Positions 12,010 through 23,428 of a stretch of DNA of 35,750 bases are shown here, piece after piece. The number at the start of each line of letters is the position of its first letter. The first letter of the stretch is position 1. The notes under the pieces are model-generated. The model was not told where the DNA came from. It did not search any database and worked only from the letters and a program-made list of their open reading frames with translations. Both the position numbers and the translations under genes were made by a program. The stretch is from Chiloscyllium plagiosum (Eukaryota): NCBI RefSeq assembly GCF_004010195.1, contig NC_057719.1, positions 3,597,588 through 3,633,337 of the forward strand, in the 5' to 3' direction.

Positions 12010-14888
12010 TCACCTGGATCTCTTTTGGGGTAGAAGTGACCTGTACAAGAAGGACGGATTGGACCTGAATTGGAAGGGGACTAATATACTGGCAGGGAAA
12101 TTTGCTAGAGCTGCTCAGGAGGATTTAAACTAGTAAGGTGGGGGTGTGGGACCCAGGGAGATAGTGAGGAAAGAGATCAATCCGAGCCTGGTACAGTTGA
12201 GAGCAGAAGTGAGTTAAACAGTCAGGGCAGACAGGGACAAAGCAGAGAACAAGGTAGGTCTGACAAATTAAACTGCATTTATTTCAATGCAAGAGGCTTA
12301 ACAGGTAAGGCAGATGAACTCAGGGCATGGTTAGGAACATGGGACTGGGATATCATAGCAATTACAGAAACGTGGCTCAGAGATGGACAGGGCTGGCAGC
12401 TTAATGTTCCAGGTTACAAATGCCACAGGGAGGACAGAAGGGGAGACAAGAGGGGAGGGGGAGTGTTGTTTCTGATAAGGGATAGCATTACAGCTGTACT
12501 GAGGGGAAAATACTCCCAAAAAACCATCCAGGGAAGTTATTTGGGTGGAACTGAGAAATAAGAAAGGGCTGATCACATTATCTTGGGAAATAAGGCAAGG
12601 TAGGTGGCTGAGGTGTCAGTGTGGGAACACTCTGGGGCCAGTGACCATAATTCTAATAGTTTTAAAATAGTGATGGAAAAGGATAGACCAGAAATAAAAG
12701 TTGAAGTTCTAAATTTGGAGAAAAGCTAATTTTGATGGCATTAAGCAAGAACTCTCTAAAGTTAATTGGGGGCAGATGTTCGCAGGTAAAGGGACGGCTG
12801 GAAAATGGGAAGCCTTCAGAAATGAGATAAAGAGAGTTCAGAGACAATATATTCCTGTCAGGGTGAAAGGAAAGGCTGGTAGGTGTATGGAATGCTGGAT
12901 GATGAACGAAATTGAGAGTTTGGTTAAGAAAAAGAAGAAAGCATATGTCAGGGACAAACAAGATAGGTCGAGTGAATCCTTAGAGTATAAAGACAATAGT
13001 ATACTTAAGAGGGAAATCAGGAGGGCAAAAAGGGGACATGAGATAGCTTTGGCTAATAGAATTAAGGAGAATCCAAAGGATTTTTACAATTACACTAAAG
13101 ACAAACGGGTAATTAGGGAGAGAACAGGGCCCCTCAAACATCAGCAAGACACCCTTTATGTGGAGCTGCAGAAAATGGAGGAGATACTAAACGAGTATTT
13201 TGCATCATTGTTTACTGTGGAAAAGGACATGCAAGATAAAGAATGTAAGGAAATAGATGGTGACATTTTGAAAAATGTCCATATGACAGAGGAGGAAGTG
13301 CCAGCTGTCTTGAAATGGATAAATCCCCAGGATCTGATCAGGTGTACCCTAGAACTCTGTGTGAAGCTAGGGAAGTGATATAATGAGCCCTTTGCTGAGA
13401 TATTTGATCATCGATAGTCACAGGTGAGGTGCCGGATCACTGGAGGTTGGCTAATGTGGTGCCACTGTTTAAGGAAGGTGGTAAGGACAAGCCAAGGAAC
13501 CATAGACCAGTGAGCCTAACATCGGTGGTGGGCAAGTTGCTGGAGGGAATCCTGAGGGACAGGATTTACACGTATTTGGGAGAGAAGGACTGATTAGGGA
13601 TAGTCAACATGGCTTTGTGCGTGGGAAATCATATCTCACAAACTTGATTGAGTTTTTGAAAAAGTAACAAAGAGGATTGATGAGGGCAAAGCAGTGGATG
13701 TGATCTGTATGGACTTCAATAAGGTGTTCAACAAGGTTCCCCATTTGAGAGTGGTGAGCAAGGTTAGATCTCATGGAATACAGGGAAAACTAGCCAGTTG
13801 GATACAGAACTGGCTCAAAGACAGAAGACAGAGGGTGGTGGTGGAGGGTTGTTTTTCACTCTGGAGGCCTGTGACCAGTGGAGTGCCACAAGGATTGGTG
13901 CTGGGTCTACTATTTTTCATCATTTATATAAATGTTTTGGATGTGAGCATAAGAGGTAGAGTTAGTAAGTTTGCAGATGACACCAAAATTGGAGGTGTAG
14001 TGGACAGCGAAGAGGGTTACCTCAGATTACAACAGGATCTTGATCAGATGGGCCAATGGGCTGAGGAGTGGCAGATGGAGTTTAATTTAAATAAATGCGA
14101 GGTGCTGCATTTTGGGAAAGCAAATCTTAGCAGGACTTATACACTTAATGGTAAGGTCCTAGGGAGTGTTGCTGAACAAAGAGACCATGGAGTGCAGGTT
14201 CATAGCTCCGTGAAAGTGGAATAGCAGGTGGATAGGATAGTGAAGAAGGCATTTGGTATGCTTTCCTTTATTGGTCAGAGTATTGAGGAGTTGGGAGGTC
14301 ATGTTGCAGCTGTACAGGACATTGGTTAGGCCACTGTTGGAATATTATGTACAATTCTGGCCTCTTTTCTATCAGAAAGATGTTGTGAAACTTGAAAGGG
14401 TTCAGAAAAGATTTACAAGGATGTTGCCAGGGTTGGAGGGTTTGATCTAGAGGGAGAGGCTGAACAGGCTGGGGCTGTATTCCCTGGAGCGTCGGATGCT
14501 GAGGGGTGACCTTACAGAGGTTTATAAAACCATGAGGGGCATAAATAGGGTAAATAGACAAAGTCTTTTTCGCCTGGAGTGGACGAGTCCAAAACTAGAG
14601 GGCATAGTTTTAAGGTGAGAGGGGAATAATATAAAAGCGACCTGAGGGGCACCTTTTTCACGCAGAGGGTGGTGCGTGTGTGGAATGAGCTGCCAGAGGA
14701 AGTGGTGGAGGCTGGTACAATTGCAACATTTAAGAGGCATTTGGATGGGTATATGAATAGGAAGAGTTTGGAGGGATATGGGCAAGTGCTGGCAGGTGGG
14801 ACTAGATTGGGTTGGGATATCTGGTCGGCATGGACGGGTTGGACCGAAGGGTCTGTCTCCATGCTATACATCTCTATGACTCTATGAC
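12010..14888 (+). mobile_element. 5'-truncated, inactivated CR1 LINE (end of ORF1, APE endonuclease with internal deletion, RT, 3' UTR)
   Basis: DGLDLNWKGTNIL (ORF1 esterase end); CIYFNARGL...WDWDIIAITETW (APE); deletion at ~12580; DFNKVFNKVPH, SGVPQG, KFADDTK (RT); LYRTLVRPLLEY; (CTCTATGA)n tail. Confidence 0.95.
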
Positions 14889-15184
14889 CTGCTTCTTGCA
14901 TTTAGGTATAATCTTTTTACGTGACCTTTTGATGTTTTTTATGTATTTTCATGTAACTCAAACATTTTTACTGCCAGCCCTAATTTCCTCTACCTTCCAA
15001 TTTTGCTCTGTACTTTTCCACCTTTCATTTCCAGTTTAGTTTCCTGCACTCTTTTCCCCCACTCTGCTTCCTATCTGCTGCCACTCTATTTAACCTTCTC
15101 CTACTGTATGAGTCTGAGGATATTGGTGGCAGACTGCTGGGGAACAGCCCATCCAGCTTGTACATGTCCCATTTTCCACATCCT

Positions 15185-15645
15185 GTGTAGGTTGACCTCA
15201 CGTATAAGTTGACCCCTTATTTTGGCCAAAGATATTGCATTTTCTATCTATCTCATGTATAAGTCGACCCTAGTTCTTCACAGTTACAGATCAACATTTA
15301 TGAGTCAGTGTGCCTGCCTGCTGCACTCTGTTCCAGGTATTCCAGTTTGCTGGCCGTACCACTTTGTTCCATGTCTTCCAGTCCCCCAGCTATTACGCTC
15401 TGCTCCAGGTTTTCAGAATTACCGAAAACAGCTACCTGCAGTTTACCATGGCCCAAGCATAATACAGGGAACATATCAGAATCAGGGACCAGGAGCTGCC
15501 GGGAAAGAAAATTTATCATTTTATCTATTTTGTAGATAAATATTCATCCCCTCAAAAATAATACCTGGTGTATACGTCGAACCCCCTAATTTCAGATTTA
15601 AAATACAGTCTTTAAATTTCGCCTTACACACGAGTATATAGAGTA
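15185..15645. mobile_element. Degenerate TcMar (Tc2/pogo-like) DNA transposon remnant
   Basis: Four GTRTA.GTYGACC-like direct repeats (15185, 15202, 15257, 15570) and a right end whose reverse complement reads TA-CTCTATATACTCGTGTGTAAGGCGA. Confidence 0.5.
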
Positions 15646-15699
15646 ATGCGGTTGGCTCCTAAGTGCCCTCACTCAGTGACGATGGCACACACATCCACA

Positions 15700-17305
15700 G
15701 TGATCTCCTCATCGACGTCATCTGCTATAACCTGACATAGTCATTCTGACAGAAACATACCTTCCTGACATCTCTATCCCTGCCCACTGTTCTGTCAGAG
15801 AGATGGCACCAGAGGTGGTGATAAAGTGATAAACTTCCTGGAGGAATTTTCTCCAAGAGTTCTCAACATTGACTTTGGATCCCATGAAGCCTTGTACCAT
15901 CAGGTCGTACCCCAGGTAAGGAAAGCGCCGGCTGATTACCACGTACTGACCTCCCTCAGCTGATGACTCTGTGCTTCTCCGTGTTGAACAACACTTGGAA
16001 GAAGTACTGAAGGTGGCAAGGGCACCGGGGTGGACTCTGGGTAGGGAACGTCCATGCCCATCACCCAGTGTGATTCAGTAGCACCATCACAGACCAAGGT
16101 GGCTGAATCCTGAATGTCAGAGTTGTTAATCTGGGCGTGTAGCTGATGGTGAGGGAATAAACAAGAGGGAAAAACCTCTTCACATCATCCTCACAAAACT
16201 ACATGTAGCAGCTACCTCTGCCGCTGACAATAGAAAAAGTGTTCACCACACAGTCCTTGTGCAGTCCCAGTCTCATCGTCACATTACAATAGAATCTATA
16301 GATTCCATACAGTGTGGAAGCAGACCATTCGGCCCAACACGTCCACACCGACCCTCTGCAAAGCACCGCACCCGGACCCATCCCCTAACACTTTCCCCAA
16401 AACTCTCCATTTCCCATGGCTAATGCAGCCAATCTACACATCCCTGAACACTATGGGCAATTTAGCACTGCCAGTCCGCCCAATCTACACATCTTTGGAC
16501 TGAAATCCCAGAGTTGCAAATTAAGAAATCACAAAGTTGTTCCAGTACAGAAAGAGGCTATTCAGCCCATCATGTCTGAACCATCTCTTCAAACAATCAC
16601 TATTACCTAGCATCAATCCCCTGCCTTTTCCCCATGCTCTAGCACATCATTCCTAGCCCAATGATCATGCAATGCCCCTTTGAATTCCTCAGTTGAACCT
16701 GTCTCTGTCACATTTGGCAGATTCCCTCCACATTGTTGTGTGAGACTATCCTGGTGCTGAATGAAGCATTTAAACACATCTAGCAATTCAAGGCTAGGCT
16801 TCCTCTTTTACTATTGTCAGAGGCAGAGGCATCTGCTACAGGTAGTTCTGTGAGGATGATTGAAGAGGATTTTTTTCCCTCTTGTTTGTTCCCTCACCAT
16901 CAGTTACACACCCAGATTAGCAGCTCTGACATTCAGGATTCAGCCACGTTGATCTGTGACGGTGCTACTGAACCACTCTGGTGATGGGCATTGACGTCCC
17001 CCACCTGATGAGATGCTGGAAACTAGTAGCAGCTCAGTCATAGTCAACCCACATGGCCTGTCGCATCCCTCACTCCAGCATTACCATCATGCCAAGGGAT
17101 CAACCCTGGTACAATGGAGAGTGCAGGAGGGCGTGTCAGGAGCAGCACCAGGTGTACCTGAAGATGAGATGCCAACCTGGAGAAGCCACCAAACAGGACT
17201 ACTTGCGTGCCAAGCAGCATCAGCAACAAGTGATTGACAGAGCTAAGCGATTCCACTACCAACAGATCCGATCTAAGCTCTGCAGTCCTGCCACGTGCAG
17301 CTGCG
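15700..17305 (+). mobile_element. Old APE-type LINE fragments (CR1/L2 supergroup), interrupted and partly inverted-duplicated
   Basis: PDIVILTETYL, LLITTY.PPSAD, degraded GDFNVHH-like region, and PWYNGECRRACQEQHQVYLKMR...IRSKLCSPAT; SINE and CR1 pieces lie between ~16288 and 16790. Confidence 0.65.
16288..16501 (-). mobile_element. HE1-type SINE 3' half
   Basis: TACAGTGTGGAAGCAG...GGGCAATTTAGCA...CACATCTTTGGACTG. Confidence 0.8.
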
Positions 17306-17573
17306 ATCATGATAGATAACACAGAGCACAAGAGGTTTGCATAAATATCCCAATGTTATAATCCCAGCTGATGGATACAGTCAAATTCCAAAGTGAAAGC
17401 TGCCTTGATTTTTATTTTGCAATTTGATGACCATGGTGTTCAGTTATTAAAGATATTAACACCAGGAATCAAAATGCACTTCTTAACCCATGCACACCCA
17501 GCCAGAGTAAATGCCGTTGAGACTGTGGTGCTGGAAAAGCACAGCCGGTCAGGCAGTATCCGAGGAGCAGGAG

Positions 17574-17609
17574 AATCGACGTTTCGGGCATAAGCTCTTC
17601 ATCAGGAAT
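17574..17609 (-). ncRNA. Minimal hammerhead ribozyme motif (one helix II mismatch)
   Basis: Reverse complement ATTC-CTGATGA-A-GAGC-TTAT-GCCC-GAAACGTC-GATT. Confidence 0.6.
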
Positions 17610-17807
17610 GAGGGGGTGGCGTGGTTCCCAAGAGGGCTGAGAAATAATTGGGAAGGGGGTGGGTCTTGGGGAGAAGGTAGCTGGGGATGCAATAGGTAGA
17701 TAGAGGTGGGGGTAAAGGTGAAAGGTCAGAGTGGAGGGTGAAGCGGATAGGTGGGAAGGAAGATGGACAGGAAGGACAGTTCAAGAGGGCGGTGCCAAGT
17801 TTGAATG

Positions 17808-17955
17808 ATTAGATTAGATTCCCTACAGTGTGGAAACAGGCCCTTCGGCCCAACAAGTCCACAACAACCCTCCAAAGAGTAACCCACCCAAACTCATTTC
17901 CCTCTGACGAATGCACCTAACACTGCGCGCAATTTAGAATGGTCAATTCACCTGA
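17808..17955 (-). mobile_element. HE1-type SINE 3' half inside the PLE
   Basis: (ATTAG)n tail, TACAGTGTGGAAACAGGCCCTTCGGCCC...AATTCACCTGAC. Confidence 0.85.
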
Positions 17956-18617
17956 CTTTGGAGGGTTGGACCTGGTATAAGGTGGGGGGAGGGGGGATGT
18001 GGAATCTGGTGAAATCAACGTTGATCCCATGTGCTTGGAGAATCCCAAGGTGGAAGATGTGGTGTTCGTCCTTCCCACCTATCAGCTCCACCAACCACTC
18101 TGACCTATCACCATCACCCTCCACCTTCATCTACCTCTCACATTCTCAGCTACCTTGCCCCAGTCCCATCCCCCGTTCCCATTTATCTCTCAGCCCCCTT
18201 GGGACCTCTCCTCCCCACTCCTCCACCCCACATTCCCGATGAAGGGTTTATGCCCAAAACGTTGACTTTCCGGCTCCTCAGACGCTGCCTGATAGGCTGT
18301 GCTTTTTTAGTGCCACACCTTTAGCCTCCATGAGTATGACCGTTAGCCAGATTCCTACCGTCGGCATTACCTTCTTGTTTGTCTTTAATTCACTATGTCT
18401 TCTGTCACATGACCCACCTTATTATTTTCAAGCCCTCTCCATTACTGGAGTTACAGAACTCATCAGCTCACTGGCCCCAGCAATGTTCGGGTCAGTCCCT
18501 TCCTAATGTGTACACATCTCACCTTCTGCTGCTCATTCATCGGTCAAATTTAATCACCTTCTTCCAGTGCATCCCAAACAGCATCCCACTCTCATCGTCT
18601 TTAGTGGTGTGAAGATT

Positions 18618-18800
18618 CTCAATGTGAACTGTGAGGTAGAGGGGACCCTCAGTGGGAGGGAGAGGGGGTCACTCTGTGGGAGGGAGAGGGGGTCACTCAG
18701 TGGGAGGGAGAGCGGGTCACTCAGTGGGAGGGAGAGGGGGATCTCAATGTGAACAGTGAGGGAATGGGGAGCCCTCAGTGTGAACTGTGAGGGAATGGGG
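18618..18800 (+). repeat. G-rich minisatellite, core 4 x 24 bp (18641-18736)
   Basis: Unit GGGGTCACTCAGTGGGAGGGAGAG, flanked by longer CTCAATGTGAACTGTGAGG variants. Confidence 0.85.
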
Positions 18801-19587
18801 GAGATGGGGAGTGACATGAGAGAGCAGGGTGGGGTAGCCTGGGAGTAAAGGCATGTGGTGGACAGGGAGCTGGGTCTGTAACACAGCTGGAGCTCCCCAC
18901 TGGCCACCACCTCTTTGAGTTGGCTAACCTGATATTTCAGCTCATGATCCAGCCCAGGAAGCTGACACCAGTTTGGGAACCCTTCCCCATTCTAAAGTCT
19001 TACGTTACTGTTTCTGCTTTTGTTTTTAAACTTTGCTGCTCCTAACACACAAACCGAACCTCCTCCCTGTGCTGTTGGTAACTACATGAACTATGATTCC
19101 CCCTCACACTCCACCCCGTCACACTGTACGGTCCTCTCCTGCCCTCTGGAGATGTCCTGAAACCTCCCACTGAGAGAAGGCCACACAATCGTTGTGGATC
19201 CTCACTCTTTGCTGCAGTGAGCTGTGTGTCTATTCTCCATGTCTCTGTTGTTCCCCGTACCACAATATTCCAATTACTCCCACATGCAAATCAATAGCTT
19301 CCTGTATCCCAGAACAACAGGCAATTTCCTCCTCCAGCTGTTCCAGCTGGCCGAACCCTGAAACTGGAAGGAGCAAGGTTCCCCCGCCCCCCACTTCCAC
19401 CTCTTCAGTCCCCTTACCCTCAGGATTACTCTCAGTCAGACCTCCTCCTCCCTGATCACTGACTTAGGCAGTCAGTCCAATCCTAAAGAGTGTGGCTGCC
19501 TGTGCAACACTGGCTGGATAACCTACTCCTTCTGTGGCCCAGTGTGTGTACAGCTCAAGCTAAGTCTGAGTCAAAGCTCCTTGTAGC

Positions 19588-20704
19588 AGAGGCAGAAACT
19601 GGGCAGATGGAAGCTACGGTCGCTCTCCATCGCGGGAAAAACCCTAGTCATCAGGTGTGAGGCAATGTCATTGCTGTTATACGTGGCACAGGTCTGGCCT
19701 ATTCCCAGGACCTGTGCCGCTGCAGTCACCCGGGCCATCTTCCAGTTTATATGGAGGTCAAAGATGGACCGGGTCCGAAGGGACTCGCTGTACAAAGATC
19801 TGGGCAACGGGGCTGCCGCGGAACGCACCGAGTAGTTGGACCGTTCCGTATCACCTGTCCTTCGTGGAGAAGTTTATCAAGGAAAACACCTTTTGACCAC
19901 AAGTCCATCAGGAAGTGGTCAGCACGTAGTGTCCTTGAGATCCTTTGGGAAAAGGAGAGGGCGGATCCTATCGAGCGGTTCCCTGAGCGACTGTCAAAGC
20001 CATTTGGCAGAATGCCTCATCGCCAGAACTTTCCAACAAGCACCAAGACATGGCTTGGCTGGTGGTGAGAAGGGCTCTGCCTGTGAGATCCTTTATGCAG
20101 GCCCGGTCTCTCTGCCGCACCGCACACTGCCCTCGATGCGGCTGCAGGGGGGGACGAGACTGTCACACACCTCCTTCTGGAATGTGCCTACGCAGAGGAA
20201 GTCTGGAGAGGAATGCAGTGGTGTTTGTCGAGGTTCGTCCCGAGCAGCGCCGTGACGTGGGACTCCGTGCTCTACGGTCTGTTCCCCGGGACGCACACCG
20301 AGACGAACATCAACTGTGCCTGGAGGGTCATCAACTCGGTGAACGAGCTCTCTGGGTGGTCCGAAACCTGCTGATCTTCCAGCTGAAGGAGTTGACCCCG
20401 ACTGAGTGTTGCAGACTGGCACATTCCATGGTCCAGGACTACGTGTTGAGGGACGCGCTGAAGCTTGGGGCAGCTGCCGCCAAGGCGCGGTGGGGAAAGA
20501 CCACTGTATAACATCTGCCTGACGAAGAAGAACAGGGGGCCCGCGCAGTCATTTGGGCTCTGCTGACACCTCAGCTAATCATATGGGCATATGATCAAAA
20601 AATGTACAGACCTGTATAAAAATGATAAATTCTGATCTCTGTATGTACATGTTTACATATGTATGGCATGACCAACTGTAAAGTATATTTTTGAAATAAA
20701 AAAC
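19588..20704 (+). mobile_element. 5'-truncated Tx1/L1-clade LINE 3' end with 14-bp TSD
   Basis: KLGRWKLRSLSIAGKTLVIR..IFQFIWRSKMDRV; C-terminal CPR..C..ETVTHLLLEC zinc-knuckle region; ends RDALKLGAAAAKARWGKTTV*; AATAAA and A-rich tail; TSD AAGCTCCTTGTAGC at 19574-19587 and 20705-20718. Confidence 0.9.
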
Positions 20705-20819
20705 AAGCTCCTTGTAGCCAGATACTTGTCTGATCCAAACAACTTGAGGCCCTGTAGGAGTCTGCAGAGAGAATCGAGAGTCATTTCCAAAGTAAACAAG
20801 CTGAGGACTGTCTGCTGAC

Positions 20820-21163
20820 ATTGCAGAAACAGGAAGGAGGCGGGTCCACATTGCTGAGGGCTTTGTCGGAGGTCTGCAATTAGGGAGAGTTATATTTTAA
20901 ATGTTGGGAGTGAGCACATTTTTCTCGTCGTCGCAAGAGTCGTGTTTACTTCGTGCAGCACAGATAGGCAGAGAAGAACAAAAATTTAAAGATTATCTGA
21001 GCTGACAATATCAGCAGGTGCTGGGAGAGGCTGAGGTAGCGATGACCAGAACAAAGTACAGAGTTCAGATTTTCAGTGTGCAGTCTTTCTCTGCACTGCT
21101 GCAGTCAGCTGCCTTCAGGCTGTGAGAGTGGCAGTGTGTCACAGCCTGGAATCAGAGTCAAGC
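20820..21163 (+). promoter_or_regulatory. Probable HHIPL1 proximal promoter / 5' UTR
   Basis: Non-repetitive stretch immediately upstream of the ATG; GC-box-like GGAGGCGGG near 20836, TATATTTTAAA near 20891, local CpG cluster near 20926-20953. TSS not determinable. Confidence 0.4.
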
Positions 21164-21442
21164 ATGGCCTACAGTCAACATGGGCATGACCAACTCTTTG
21201 CCCTCTTTATTGCCCTGATGTATCCTGTGCTGCTGGTGAAATGCCACCCCCAGTGCCTGGATTTTAAACCCCCGTTCCGGCCACAGAACGGCCTGTCATT
21301 CTGTACCATGTACAGTCAGTTCGGTTGCTGTGACTCCACCAAAGACCAGGAAATCATGAACCGCTTCTACAGCATCGTGGATAGTTTTGACTACTCTCTG
21401 TACGCCACATGTGCTGCCTACATCCAGGATATGCTGTGTGCG
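21164..21442 (+). CDS. HHIPL1: First coding exon of HHIP-like protein 1 (signal peptide + start of the cysteine-rich folate-receptor/Frizzled-like domain); phase-0 intron follows
   Basis: Translates MAYSQHGHDQLFALFIALMYPVLLVKC-HPQCLDFKPPFRPQNGLSFCTMYSQFGCCDSTKDQEIMNRFYSIVDSFDYSLYATCAAYIQDMLCA (93 codons). HPQCLDF(R/K)PPFRP...FGCCD...C..Y..D.LC is the HHIPL1 N-terminus (HHIPL2 has HPQCLDYGPPF). Kozak context agcATGg; donor GCG|GTAAGT at 21443, just before the expected ECSPYAAHL exon. Confidence 0.9.
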
Positions 21443-21589
21443 GTAAGTGACTTTAACTGGATGTTACTAATCCATAATGGTTTTCGCCTTGCGTCGAGAC
21501 ATCATACTGTCTGCTAACTCCTGCTGCATCTCCAGATTTCTCTTTTCTAGTGTTTTCATGGGCACTCTCCCACCTTCCTCCCTCCACAA

Positions 21590-21740
21590 TCCAAACCTCA
21601 GTCAATTTTGCACTGCCCCTCTCCAATCCAGCAGTAAGACCCACTCACCCATATCCCCTGTCTTCATTGACATACACTATCTCCTGATCCAGCGATGTCT
21701 CAACTTTGAAAATCCAGTCCTGCTCTTGACCTTCTCAAAG
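21590..21740 (+). mobile_element. L2-like LINE 3' ORF remnant
   Basis: SPISPVFIDIHYLLIQRCLNFEN resembles the L2 HITPVL..LHWLP...RI.FK motif. Confidence 0.5.
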
Positions 21741-21854
21741 AATTCTAGTTAATTTGCTCAGCATGATTCCCCATTTGTGCAGCCACACCAACTCTGCTTA
21801 TAGTTATCAGTGGTCTACTCTTGTATCCTTTAAGATAACTTTTAACATTCTATA

Positions 21855-22378
21855 GTCCATAGCTCCCTGAAGGTGGCCACTCAATTAGATAGCATGGTAA
21901 AGAAGATTCATGGCATGCTTGCCTTTATTGATCAGGAATTGAGCTCTAGAGAGAGGGTGAATAGACTGGGGCTATTTTCCCTGGAGTGTTGGAGGCTGAG
22001 GGGGTGATCTTATAGAGGTTTGTAAAATCACGAGGGGCATGGATAGAGTAAGTAGACAAGGTCTTTTCCCAAGGGTTGGGGAGTCCAAACTAGAGGGCAT
22101 AGGTTTAAGGTGAAAGGGGAAATCTTAAAAAGGACCTACAGGGACAACCTTTTCACACAGAGGATGGTACGTGTATGGAATGAGCTGCCAGAGGAAGTAG
22201 TGGAGGCTGGTACAATGACAGCATTTAAAAGGCATCCGGATGGGTATATGAATAGGAAGGGTTTAGAGGGATATGGGCCAAGCGCTGACAAATGGGACTA
22301 GATTAGTTTCGGATACCGGATATCTGGTCAGCATGGATCGAAGGGTCTGTTTCTGTGCTGTACATCTCCAGGACTCAA
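21855..22378 (+). mobile_element. CR1 3' end
   Basis: FTQRMVRVWNELPEEVVEAG...FKRH and GAAGGGTCTGTTTCTGTGCTGTA tail. Confidence 0.9.
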
Positions 22379-23428
22379 AGAATGAGAAAGGAACTACCTT
22401 TGGAAGAGTTTTAGCAATCTGAATAAGTAATTTTGTTTTCATGTCTAGAACAAACAACTTTTGCAATTCTGGACAAGGGTTGTTGTAAAATCTTAAAATC
22501 AATATCAGAGAGAATTCCACAGTTGTAAAACAAGTCCCTGCAAATCTGAACTCCACGAAACAAGCCTGATAAAGTGATTTACAATCTCTAATCGGTACAA
22601 TGATATGCTGCTCCCATTGAGGTGGAATATGGTTTGTTGACTGAATAATTAAATATTAAACAGCACGTGCTGTCATGACTAGTCATTTCTAGTCTTTTGG
22701 TTCTGATTTCTGCTATCTGCAGTTCTTTGGTTCTTTTATATCTAACTCGTGATTCCCACTCACAGATTGGGAAACGACATGTAAGGGTGGATTTCCATGA
22801 TTCACTTCACAGTGTGACAGTGAGAAATAGCACAATCAATTTAATAATGGATGGACTGGTGGAGGCAAAAAGGTTTGGTGTTAATTGCATGCTGAAAATT
22901 GAGAATTGTAGGGAGCTCTCACCGGATGGTTAAATTAAGATTGTCAATGACCTTCTCCATCTGTAATTGCACGGTGACAACACATTCATTTTCCTGACAA
23001 TTAACCCTCATCATTTCAATGTTGATGTTTAGCTAAACTCCTACCTGCTCTTCAGGGGAACTCCTTCAGGGCAGCCTGCAGTTTATGTTGACTATAGATC
23101 GTAACATCTTGGAGCACAATTAGGCCATTCAGCCCATCAAGTCTGCTCCACTATTCGATCATGGCTGATGTGTTCCTCAACCCCATTCTCCAGCTTTCTC
23201 CTGGTAACCCTTGATCCCTTCCCAGTCAGGAACATATCTATCTCAGTCTTAAAGTCACTCAGTGATTTGGCCCCCACAGCCCTCCGCACCAATGATTGCC
23301 AAAATTCCCCACCCTCTGGCTGAAGAGATTCCTCCTTGTCTCAACTCTAAAGGGTCAGCCCTTCACTCTGAGGCTATGCCCTCGGGTCCTAGTCTCTCCT
23401 GCTTGTGGAAACATCTTCTCTAAGTCCA

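Larger units (their letters stand above)
17520..18322 (-). mobile_element. Penelope-like element 3' end with inverted terminal repeat (pLTR)
   Basis: Minus-strand EHHIFHLGILQAHGINVDF (typical PLE GIY-YIG C-terminal tail), pyrimidine-rich 3' UTR and hammerhead motif; 18068-18322 is an inverted copy of 17520-17765; SINE inserted at 17808-17955. Confidence 0.8.

Noticed and set aside
12776..14224. 200-aa and 176-aa ORFs as functional or domesticated RT genes
   Set aside because: Pieces of a CR1 ORF2 broken by stops, frameshifts and an endonuclease deletion.
18641..18736. CRISPR-like array (also 25563-25625)
   Set aside because: Head-to-tail tandem repeats with no unique spacers or cas genes, in vertebrate DNA.
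21122..21517. 131-aa single-exon ORF
   Set aside because: Starts at GTG upstream of the real ATG (21164) and reads through the GTAAGT donor; homology stops at 21442.
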